Part shown: positions 41,883-53,719 of the stretch, one piece after another
How the letters are laid out: each line of letters begins with the position of its first letter
Position numbering within the stretch: the first letter of the stretch is position 1
Assembly (NCBI GenBank): GCA_012295275.1
Contig: CM022665.1
Coordinates: 7,874,001-7,938,000, forward strand
From: Chrysomallon squamiferum
Taxonomy: Eukaryota; Animalia; Mollusca
Direction: 5' to 3'
Length of the DNA stretch: 64,000 nucleotides
Notes under the pieces: model-generated
What the model was told of the DNA's origin: nothing
What the model saw: only the letters and a program-made list of their open reading frames with translations
Databases searched by the model: none
Made by a program: the position numbers and the translations under genes

Positions 41883-42905
41883 AATGCCAAAGTTACCTGC
41901 TAATATCAGTTCAATACCTGCTCTGTTCACACAGCTACCTCTTTAAGAAAAAAAACCTTTATATTTCTCAGTGACATATTCATCACCTTAGTTAAACATG
42001 TATAAGTCAGAATCGTGTCCAATAAATGTCTTCTTTGTGATAACTATGGGTATCTGGAACATTAGCTTGGCAGTTAGATCATGACTGTTTTTTCTCACTA
42101 TTACCAAAGACCCAATTCAGTAAATCAGACAGACATGCATATAAAGTCCACCCAAGAGAAAACCAGCAAATGGTTATCTTCAAGAACAGGTGCCATTATG
42201 TGCTGGCAGAAGTACAGTCTATTAAAAAGATATAGAATGATAAAAAGTCTACATCAGAGTGGAATAAGAGAAAAAATAGAAATGTTTTAATCAACAGCTA
42301 TTAGGTTATCACAACATTCTGCTCTAGTATGAAACAGAAGTAAAATCACTTGACTGGCCAACATGAAGTCTATGGAACAACAGCATTTTACCCCATATAA
42401 TAGAAAAATATTCCCATTCTACTTAGCTTTGTACCAGCCATTATACTTCTTTGAAAAGAAAAAATTCTTTGGTCAGTGTACTCTTAGATACTGTAAGTCA
42501 CACTGAACTTTAAGTTCTTTTTAAATTTAAATATATATTTTGTTATTGTAATGGGATTTTGTATTGAGTAAATACTGCACAAATAACATTTTCTTGTAAG
42601 AAATGTAAACTTAGATACCATTTTTTTTGTTTTATAATTTACTTTTTGACTTTATAAAAAAAAGAAAAAGAAAAGAGTTTCATAGTTCTAATTAGAAAAT
42701 TACAGAATGCTTTTTTTATTAATATATTTAATAAAACTATAATTTGTAAATAGATTAAAATTTTAAGTATACATTCTATTTTACGTTTTAAAAAGTATAT
42801 TCATTGCAGAAAAGATGATATAATCAACAGTTTTTAAAATTCATGAATGTTGTATTTTATTTCTTCTTTTTAACACTGTTGCAAATTTTAAAATCCAAAT
42901 TGTTT

Positions 42906-42940
<35 letters not shown>

Positions 42941-45900
42941 AATTATTCTTTGTACGCCATAAAAATCTTTATTACATTCTCTTACTGAATTCACTGACAT
43001 AAATGTTAACCACTTATTTAATTTTTATTCCCATTTAATAAATAAATAAATAACAGCAGTAATAGTATTAATATTAATAGCAGTAGCAGTAATAATAATA
43101 ATAATAGTAGTAGTAGTAGTAGTAGCAGTATATGTAATAATGACAATCATAATAAGTAAAAAATGTTAACTATTAATATATGTAAATTTAAATGTTTTAA
43201 ATCTAATTTGAATTTCATCTGGTAATGTAATATTCCAAGGCCACAATAGAATCTTGCTTCACAGCATGGTACAAACAATATTTCCTGTAAAGACCAAAGT
43301 CTGGGCATCAAGATCTGTATCAGAAGTGAGGGACATGGAGTGTTTGACCAGGTCTGGTTTCAGAAGAATCATTAATAAAACAAACTAGTACTTGAAAACA
43401 CAACAAGACACTGTTCAAACACTTGACATTGTCATAACAAATCATCTCCATGGACACTTGATTATCTGCACCAATCAAACATTCTGATAATAACAAGGTC
43501 AAACATTTAAACTAGCCTATGGTATGGTGGTTTCCCATCAAGTGATCTGCAAATGGTAAAATGTGTAAATTGGACTGTTGACAGATCCTATCAAAGTTTG
43601 TAATGTAGTTAGTGTGTGTGTTTTTCATCACTTGTTTCAAGTGTTACCGGCCATCCAGTGAAGGATGTTATGTTGCAACTGAGGGTCACTGACTTTTTAA
43701 AGAAAAAATTTTAATGCAGGAATCATGTTTTGATTCATTTTCCAGATAACAGTTTTGAATATATTACATTTGTTTAACAATTTATCAAAATTTCTAAAGC
43801 AGTTTTTATATCAGTCTTCTTGTTTATTTATTTTTGACTCTTTTTTTCTTTTTTTTTCTGCTGGTGCTAATATATATATTTATCAAATGTAGATCTTTAA
43901 ATATCTTTAAAAGTTCTGCTTAGGTAGGATTCTGTAAAATTCACATCATTTATTAATTCACAAGAAATGTTTTGGTAGTGCAGCTGTTTACTGTACTTCT
44001 TTTGAAACTATAATTAATTAAAATCGCAATATTTTCCTATTTAAATTAATCTTAATCTCATATAATGAAACACCCTAAACATCTGAATAATTTTCCAAGA
44101 TATAACATTAACTTACTTTACTGAGAATGTTAAACTGCCCAAAGCCAACAGCTCTAACTCAATAACATTCTAAAAAATTACAAAATGTCAGTTCTATATT
44201 AGAAACTGAATCTTTTTTTTTCTTCTTCAAGTTATTCCAAGTATTTCACATATCACATGACAACACACTGATGATATATAGTTATGAAAGACAGGGTGGA
44301 TCATGATCATTTATTAACAAACATCTAATAAACATGTGTGTTCATTTAAATGTCACATAACAGCAGCTGACTTTATAGAACCTTTTGCTATTTGTATTTA
44401 ATGCATCTGACATTTCAGTGAAGTGGTAAGCATTTAGATTTATAGTTCTTAATTACTTTAATTGTCAATCAAATCACAATTGCTTAGGCTGTATTTGCAC
44501 ATGCAGGTTCCTTCTGATAAGTACATTTTTTATACATACATATATGTGTATGTGTGTGTGTGTGTATGTGTGTGTGTGTACATATACATATACATACATA
44601 TATACATACATTAATAAATATATTAGTAACAATCATATTTATGTAATCATGAAAGATGTGTGTATATTTTATTGGTATATTCAGTGAATTGTTAAAATAT
44701 GAAAAAGATCATTTTAGGGGGATATTTCTTTCTTTTTTTTCTTTGTTTAGTATTATCTTCATTTTATTATTATTATTTTATATTAATAATTAATTTATTA
44801 TTGTTATTGCGTTTTATTATTATTATGCGTTTTATTATTATTATTATTATTATATTTGTGATTGTTAAAATTTGTTTGTTTGTGTGTTTGTTTTTTTCTT
44901 TCTTACCTTCTGTTATTTTTTTATGTTTCAGTTTTATTTTTATTTTGTGGTGATGTATAATGTGTGTTTTGCATTTTACTGGTTCTGGTAAATACAAGCT
45001 TTACATTATTAACCACTTCATTTCCAGTTTTGTAAAACATAAATTTATCTGCATTTGCTGAAAGAAATTCTTTTTAAATACTGTGTAAATTAAGTCCAGC
45101 ATGGGCCATATAATCTCAAAACTCTTGAAGTTACATTATCAGTGAGAGGCATCTTAGCACAGTTATCATTTCTAGATGGGATTGTTTGGGTTTTTTTTTT
45201 TTGCTAGTTCACCTGTACAGCCCACAATGCTGATCAAATGATTTGTTTCACATACTTTATATACCACTGACAGCCAAGTGGAGACTCAGTAGATAAAACG
45301 TAAGTGTAGCACTCTTCTCAGTCATACTCCATTTCACTGCAGTTTCACCTCCACATTTTGTCAGGAAAGAGTAATATCTATCAGCTCAATGCTCTTCAGT
45401 TGTTCTTACCTCACAAGTGTCAGGTTAAATCATCAAACAGCATTCTGGGAACACATAAAGAATAGTTATATATAAAAATAATCAGCTTCCTGTGAGAAGT
45501 GTAAGTGTATCTCTTAAATCTGTGTTGCAGTGGGTAAAACAAAACATTTAACTTTGCTGCAGGTATGTTTGCTATTTATATATTATGCAACAAATGGAAT
45601 GTGAACAAGAAATTTAAAAGACTGTCTAGTGCCATATTAGTTTAGTAAATAAGAAAATGTATAGTGAAAATGAAAGTATTAGGATAAACTAATCTTTATC
45701 AAATTAGGGAAATACATTTTTTTTTTTTTTTTTTTTTTTTTTTCAGATTTTAAAAGACAAATGATATATTGCTTAAGCATTTCAGAAATTAACAATTAAT
45801 TAACAAATGAACTGGCTTAAACAGAAGTTGCCAATATATTTAGATTTTGATACAAGCTTTCAGAGTATAGTATAGAATGAAATATAATTAAAATTAAAAG

Positions 45901-45967
45901 TAATTAAATGTTTTATTAAGTTATTTCTTACTATGAACTTTACGAAAATAATTTTAAATAATGAGAG

Positions 45968-46197
45968 AAATCAAGCTTGACAGTCTTTAGAAATCTTTAA
46001 TCTCCTTTCCTTTCCAGATAAGTCTAAATTTATAAACTTAATAAATAAATAAATAAATAAAAGATGACAAAGATAATTTCATTATTTTTAAACAAAAGTT
46101 GGAATGTGAACATTATAAAAATAATTTTAGATAACTAAAGAAAACAAGACTGGCAGTGTTTAGAAATAGTTTATCTCCTTTACCTTCCACATAAATC
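45968..46197. repeat. Pair of ~57-bp diverged direct repeats about 170 bp apart
   Basis: aaatcaagcttgacagtctttagaaatctttaatctcctttcctttccagataagtc versus aaaacaagactggcagtgtttagaaatagtttatctcctttaccttccacataaatc. Confidence 0.75.
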
Positions 46198-46961
46198 ACA
46201 GTGTAAAAATAATTTAATTTAAAAATGATCAAGAAACAAATCCGTGAACCAAGGTTTTAAAAGTTATAAATCAAGAATTTTCAATAGTTCAGAACTAAAT
46301 AAATAAAGTATATACCAATTATGTTATTTCATTTTTCATAAAGTCATAATTTGGTAGTTTTCATGACTCATTTTTTTTTATCCCAGTTCCACTGGTCCTC
46401 TAAGAAGCAAGTTTATGAAACAAGTATTAAAGTGCCAAAGTTATTATAAATTACGCTATCAAAGATCTGCATGCAAACTGATAAGATTATAATGATATAT
46501 ATGTTTACTGTTTTGAAAATAGCATCAGCAAGATTCTGCCTCATCACCATAAATCAAGAACACATCAGCTATCTTGCTGGGACTAGTTCTTTTAGTGAAG
46601 TTTTTGAAAAAACAGCTCAATGCCTGGTCATTTTAATAAAACATTGAAAAACTGCCTGATCAGTGTAACATATGAAAGTACAAATAAGTGACAAATCTAG
46701 GCATGATTTTAGGATAATCTGAACTGGCCAACTTTATGAAACAAAAAATTATAATGTTAAACTGTCATATTACTATGTAAAAATTTTATTTTGTAAACAG
46801 TAGGACAGGCTATTAAAATCTGTTAGCAGTAGGCCTAACATCATTTTAAAGTTTAAATAATAATTTTCATTGTCTTAATATTATAAATGTACATTTATGA
46901 AGTAATTAAGTAAGCTAATAGATAAAATATAATTTTACAATAATTTGTAAACTGAAAATTT

Positions 46962-46964
<3 letters not shown>

Positions 46965-47020
<56 letters not shown>
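46965..47020. repeat. (AC)n microsatellite; similar (CA)/(TG) runs near 6270, 8801, 18302, 25006, 28448, 32862, 35327 and 42906
   Basis: Perfect dinucleotide runs. Confidence 0.95.
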
Positions 47021-47023
<3 letters not shown>

Positions 47024-48015
47024 CCTAAAATATAGATCATGTTTATAATTGGTTTATTTTCTGGTTAGTAATTAAACACAAAACTGTTGATACATTAAAG
47101 TTTTTTTTTATTTCTTTCTTTCATTAATTAATTCTTTATATATTTATTTGAAATAAATGACTGTAGCTACTGGAACAATTTCTACAAGTTCACCAAGTTA
47201 TAAAATAACATATTTTGGCTGCCATCTCCTAAAACATGGAGTCAAAGCTGAACTCATTAACTTTTCGAAATTTGTAATGAATACCACTGCACTAATATCT
47301 CACATTATAAATCAGACCATGTCAGAAAGATAACTAGGTTGGCTTCATAATTAATATACTTATAAAAATATATAATTTTTAACAAATTGTTTTTACCACC
47401 CAGTTCATATTTTGACAACTTTTATTTTACCCAATGTGTTAAATATCAGTTTACACACAACTGTACAGATTCAGAGTTTGACTTAAAATAAGCAGGTAAT
47501 AAAATGACATATCTTTTCATTGCTTGGAATAATTCCAACTTTAAATACTGCCAAATCCAGATAATTTTTTTGTTGTTGTTTTTGTTGTTTTTCTTCCTTC
47601 TTTTTTTTTTTTTTTTTTTTTAACACAAAAAGTGGGATATTGGAAGGAAGTGGTAATTTTAGATTAAACCTATTATCATTTTGCACAAGCATTTTTAAAC
47701 TTAAACAAAATCATATGGAAAAGTGATCAAGTACATCTTAACAACCTGACATCCCCCTACACCAAAATGATCCCAGCCCTCAGATCAATATTCCTCATAA
47801 CAAAAGCATTCTGCTCAATTTAAATGCAGGCGTCTATTAGGGAGGCCAGTTACCACACTTACAGATGGGAATGCAGCTTGTATGGAATTGGATTTTTTTT
47901 CAGATCTTCGTGTAGAGTTTAACAGTATTCTTATGGTGCCTTTTCAGAAACATACTACCACTGGCCAGGAGGGGATACTTGTGTGGAAAATGTGAGCAGG
48001 CTGTCTGGATAAGGA

Positions 48016-48079
48016 ATGGATGGAATTCAGCATTCTACCTTCATGCTGTTGCTAATCAGCACATTGCTTCTTATCACAG
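48016..48079 (+). CDS. First coding exon of a secreted or membrane protein (signal peptide)
   Basis: ggaATGG start; reads MDGIQHSTFMLLLISTLLLIT with a hydrophobic core; strong phase-1 CAG|GTATGT donor; upstream acceptors end at 47903 and 47947. The rest of the gene is unidentified. Confidence 0.6.
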
Positions 48080-48849
48080 GTATGTTAACTTTTTTATTTA
48101 CCTCTTAGAAATATAATACAATAATGTGAAAAAAATTTAAAAATAAAAACATTAAATGCTCTGTGTGTGTGTGAAGTAGAGAATATTTATTTTTGTCCTT
48201 TTATATTTTTTCTTTTAAATTAGTAAGTTATAAAAAGCTTCTTTTTTTTTTTTTTTAAATTTAGAATGGAAGCATATTTTTCTCAAGTTATTTTTTTTTT
48301 TTTTTAATAATTTTGAAAAAAAGATTTAAATGTTTATGAGACACAGAGTTTGGATAACAGATAAAAGATTAAGGTTAATGGTTGTAGTAAACTGACAGAT
48401 GTGTTGATACTGTAAATAATATTAATGTTATATTAAAAAAAGATGTCTTAAAAATTAATTTTGTAATAAAAAACACAGACTTGACAATTAAATAACTTAT
48501 TTTTTAGAAAGAAAAACTAAAGGTACTGAAAACAAAATCAGTTATTCAGTATAACTTTATATTTTCATTCTTAATTAGTCATAAATATGAGCGCTGAAAA
48601 TATTAAAGTTTATTAAGAATTGTGAAGACATAATATTTTGATAATCTTTTTAAATGACTTTTTGTAAAAAGTTATTTTAAAAAATCAGAGAACTGTATTA
48701 GTTTCATTAATAGTTGCTTTATCACACACACACACACACACACAGAGTAAATACATTTATGAAAAATAACCACTTCTAAAACTTTATGCTTGCTAATATA
48801 AATTCAGATCAGTAAGTTATTTGTTAATTCTATAGGGTTTTTTTTTTTT

Positions 48850-49620
48850 GTACAGGGGAATCAGTCGTTTATTTTTCTTTATACAGAGAGCTCAGTTATT
48901 AACTGATCAAACTACTGATTCCTGTACCAGGGAAGGGACTAGTAAATCAACTATTTTTCTCACATACAAATTTTAATTCAATTGTTCTTTTATAAAGATA
49001 GTAAATCAACAAATGTATAGAGATATTCTAGATGTTAACTCAACTGTTCTTGCACAGAGGTGGGAGTAATTGTTTAATTGTTATTACAGATAGTGTGTGT
49101 AAATTTGACTGTTGTTCTTTATACAGAGAGAATCTAGCTAATTCAGCTGCGTTTTAAACATAGAGATGGTTAATTGTTATTCTTTTACAGAGATAGTTAT
49201 TAATTTATCTGCTGTTCTTGTATAAGGAAGTTCTAGTTGTTAAAATCTGTTTTAAATTAAAGAGTGCTTGTTAATTTTATTGTTATTATTGCAGAGAGAT
49301 AGTGGTTGTTAGTTAATTCAGTGGTTATTCTTGTATACAGATGGACTAGTTAATTTGACTCTTCTTGTACAGAGGTAACAGTAATAATTTAACTGTTTTT
49401 CTTGTACCAAAATAGCGCTTATTAATTAAATGTTATTTATGCAAAGAGATGTGATGTTTTAATTGTTAATTTAATTGCTGTTCATATATGTTGTTGTAGC
49501 AGCAGTTTTTTTTTATTCTGTTCTGGTATACTGAAATTTTAGATGTTAATTCAACAATTTGTTTTTTAAAATGAAAATTCAGCTGTTTTTTTATACATGA
49601 AGTAACTGTTAATTTAGCTG
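48850..49620 (+). repeat. Degenerate ~35-45-bp intronic minisatellite, many copies
   Basis: Recurring gttaattcaactgttcttgtacagag-like unit. Confidence 0.8.
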
Positions 49621-49977
49621 TTGGTATCTGCGTAGAAATTATGTGGTTGATTCAGGTATTGTATTAGCAGAACTTCATGTCATTATTTGATAACATGAAT
49701 GAGTTGCCAATTTGTGCAGACAAAATAAACACTTTAGTGTTTATAATGAAATTAGCCAACTAAATCCTCTAAATTCACATTCACAGCAGTAGATGAATTT
49801 AAATAATATATAACCTGACTTTATTAAAATTTGGTACAGAATGTGATTATAAGTTTGAACAAGTTTGGACAAAAGTGTCTTTGAAGAAAGTACTCATGTG
49901 AATGGTGAAGCTGAAAAGAACAGGACACATGGATGAGTGAATGTTTTGAAAATTTCCTTTTCATAACATCTAACATT

Positions 49978-50008
<31 letters not shown>

Positions 50009-52466
50009 TTCCTCTTTATTATTATTATTATTCTTTTAATGATTAATTATTTATTTATTTTATTATTATTATTATTATCTTCAGTAATTATCAACAATGA
50101 TAATATTGGAATAATCAATATGTATTTAAATATTTGGGGAAAAAAATGTGCTGTTTATTTTGTTAACTGAATAAATTTCATAAAAGTAAATTTAAAAAAT
50201 GTTTAAAACCAACATAAAAAAAAATTAACAGAAAAATTATCATCTCTTTATCACTCTTTTGAAAAAGAGATAATTACAAAAACAAATATGATTTACATCT
50301 AGCTGTTAATCTGGAGAAATATTTTATTCACACATATATTGGTGAGATTGTGAATATCATGATCAAATCACTAGCATGAAATACAGAGAAAGAAAGAGCC
50401 TGCTGATTATTCAAGTTTATTGTATTTCCATGCTTGGCTGACAATACTCTGTCAGACATCTGTAGCATGGTAGAACTAACAGATGATGTCTGAACAGGCC
50501 CACAGGATAATCACATGTTTGAACCAATAATTAATGAGCTTTGCCATTTAAAAACTCAGTATGTTGAACACTGATAATTTATTTGTTAATCTCTTCAATA
50601 GAAAAAAAAAAATCAATATTTAATTCAAGCTTTAGTAAAAATTCCAGGTTCTGTTTGTAAAGATGTACTTATTATATAGTACATAAAAATTTGTTGTAAC
50701 GCAATGCTGTCATGTTATATAATTCTTCTTTTAAATTAAAAAAAAAAAATAATAAAAATTAAATAAATAATTTGTGTCTGTTTAATGCAAAATGGAAATT
50801 ATATACAGATTTTTAAAATTTGTTGATTTAGCTGGGTAAACTAAAGTTAAAAACAATGAAAAAAGAGCAAACCTATTAATGTTATTGTTTTAGAACTAAC
50901 ATTACAGTGGGACAAAGCAAAGTTGTTATGTGTGTTTGTTTAGTTGTTGTTTTATTTTATTTATTTTTATTATTGTGTGGTTTCTTGATTTTTGTTATGA
51001 TTTTTTTTAATTTTGTTGTTTTTAAATATTATTTTTAATTATTGTTAAGTAAGGGTTTTTTCCTTTGGTTTTAATTTTTAATTTTTTTTTGTTTGTTTGT
51101 TTTTATTTTATTATAATATATGATATATTTGTTAGTTATGTTTACTTTAATAAAGAATAACTGTGTGAAGGACACATTGCACAAGTAAATTAATATGATC
51201 ACTTAAACTGATCACATGAAATGTAATAAACTCACATTTTACAGTCTGATAAGCTTGAAACAATTAGTGAACATGTGTATGAATCACAGCAGATTAAGTG
51301 TCTTCATGAAACTGAACAAATGAAGCACCTGAACTGAATCAATATGTTTTGGGATCATTCTTAACAATTGTTCATGCATGCTGTTATAGACCAGTTTCTG
51401 ACTTTACCAGAGTTCTGTTCAAGACAGGTTTGAAAAGTAATGTGTTTATCCTTAATAACAGTTTTAACTCCTGACGGTAACAAATTCTTCATGCAGACAA
51501 CTGAATATTGCTTGCTTGTCACTTAGTCAATAAACCTGTAAAAAATGCAAAACAGAGTGTGACAATTGTTCATGTTTTTCAAAGAACCAAATGACTATGG
51601 ACAAAAAAAAAAAAATCACAATTGTATAGAAGGGAAAAAAAGAGAAAGAGAGAAAGAAGTGTATGTTGCAGGCTGTTTGCATGTGTGTGTCTTTGTTAGG
51701 AACAAAAGTTGTGCATGGAACTCATGAAATTTTCTCTGAAATTATCATAATGATTAACACCAGTGGGGGGTGAAGTAATGGCTTTGAAATAACAGGTGAA
51801 TTATTTAATTAATCAATTGTTATCACAGCAGGAATCACAATTAACAGACTGCCAAAAAAAACTATTAAATTATTGCATGACATCACCATCCATTAATGTG
51901 TGTGTCATAAGAAATGGTATTATTAGTTCTGAAATTGATAACTAGAAATTTTTGTATTTTGTGTTAAAACATTACAAAATCCGTCTTGAAAAAGCAAGAC
52001 AGTACTTTACTTGGTGTAAAATGTGATAAAATAAAGTTAAAAATGAAACCATCATGAGAAAAAATAAAGTTCATTAAAACAAGCATTTAGTGTATGTGGG
52101 TTCTTTTGCTTACTACATTACCACTGCCCAAATAGCTGAAATTTAGTTTAAAACTGTCCTACAGTTTATAGATGTTTATTCCAGATAATATTACTGTTGC
52201 TTTTATTTTTGTTGTTATTCTTCTCCATTCTCTTGTTTTTTCTTCTTCTTATAATAATAATAATAATAATAATAATATAAAAATTAGTTGATTATATACT
52301 TTCAAAGTAACATTTGATATGCATGATAGAGATCTATATAATTATGATAACAGGTTTCTAACTTGATACTGTGACATGAGGGGTTCTGATAAAGTTGTAA
52401 TTATATATGGTATATCATGTTATTTATTAACAGTGACATGTAATAGTCTTATATTTCTTCCACGTA

Positions 52467-52595
52467 CACTAATTTAAATATATTCACAAATTTAAATATA
52501 TTATTCACTAATTTAAATAGACTGTAGTCACCATTTTAAATAGACTTGTAGTCACCATTCTAAATAGACTGCATTCAGTAATTTAACCAGATGTT
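52467..52595. repeat. ~23-bp tandem minisatellite
   Basis: Units such as cactaatttaaatagactgtagt and caccattttaaatagacttgtagt. Confidence 0.8.
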
Positions 52596-53467
52596 ATTTA
52601 CCCATTCAACATTTTTTTGTCATATATCATTTTAAACATTGCTGTTTACAAACAACAAACAAATTATATTTTTTTAGTTTTAAAAATCTATATTTCAAGA
52701 TATAATTTCATTACTGCTAGGTTTTTTTTTAGTTTATAACTTTGTTATGTTTTTTTTTTTTTTTTTTTTTTTTTGTGGTTTTATGGTTTTGATTCTAAAA
52801 GTGATAAATTAAATAGATCAGACTATTTAAAAAAAAAAAAAAAAAATTATTTCTCTGTTTTTTGTTTAGTTTCTCTGTATATATGATCACACTTAATTAA
52901 ATATAATATATTACCTCCTACTGATGCAATACACCATTTATTATCCCATTTACATTTTTTCAGTTTCTTTAAATATATGTCAGTAAATACTCACATTTTG
53001 CTTTCTGGGATTGCAATTAATTGTGTGGTGGTGCTAAATACTGGTTAATACATCAGCAAAACAAAACAAAAATGAAATTAAAAGGTAATAATTATATAGG
53101 AACTCATAGATTTATAAATATACATATATAACTTTATATATATTTTTCATACATTAACACATGGATGTAATCTGCATTCAAGCTTATCTTCCCATATGCT
53201 GCAGGCAAACATGGCTGAATAAATGGGTTAGTGTGTGAGCAGAAATTTGTTTCAATACAGTAAAGTATTTTGAAGTGAACAGAAAAGTGTTGTTGGTAAT
53301 CTGTTAACAGATTTGCTGAAAATGATTGACCAAAATATAAAACTCTGTGTTCCAGAGAAAACGTTCTGACTGACAGGAACATAAGTATGATTTATTTATC
53401 ACTATCTTCTTTGTTTTCTCCCTCTTCCTTCTTTTCCTTCATCATCATCATCTTTTTCTTCTCACTA

Positions 53468-53509
53468 TTAATAATAATAATAATGATAATAATAATAATT
53501 ATAATAATA

Positions 53510-53563
<54 letters not shown>

Positions 53564-53572
53564 GTTATTATT
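53468..53572. repeat. (ATA)n followed by (TTA)n microsatellite
   Basis: Directly visible; explains the poly-Ile ORF. Confidence 0.95.
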
Positions 53573-53686
53573 AGTGATTAAGTTTTTCAAATTATATTTT
53601 TCATTTGCCCACAAGATGTGACAAAAAAATAATTATTTTTGTAATTAATTACCACAGATCAAACTGTAACATGTTCATTCCTGCAG

Positions 53687-53719
53687 GTGAGGTGAGGTGC
53701 ACTTTTGTGGATACAAGTT
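53687..53719 (+). CDS. Possible 33-nt second coding exon completing the signal peptide
   Basis: ttcctgcag| acceptor; phase 1 gives ...LLLIT-GEVRC/TFVDTS, with V-x-C fitting the -3/-1 cleavage rule; weak gtaaat donor. Alternative candidate acceptors end near 54596 and 57939. Confidence 0.25.

Noticed and set aside
44285-44306. miR-71-like start TGAAAGACA, and miR-2-like TATCACAGC near 24786 and 51821
   Set aside because: Seed-only matches with no hairpin and no miR-71/miR-2 cluster arrangement.
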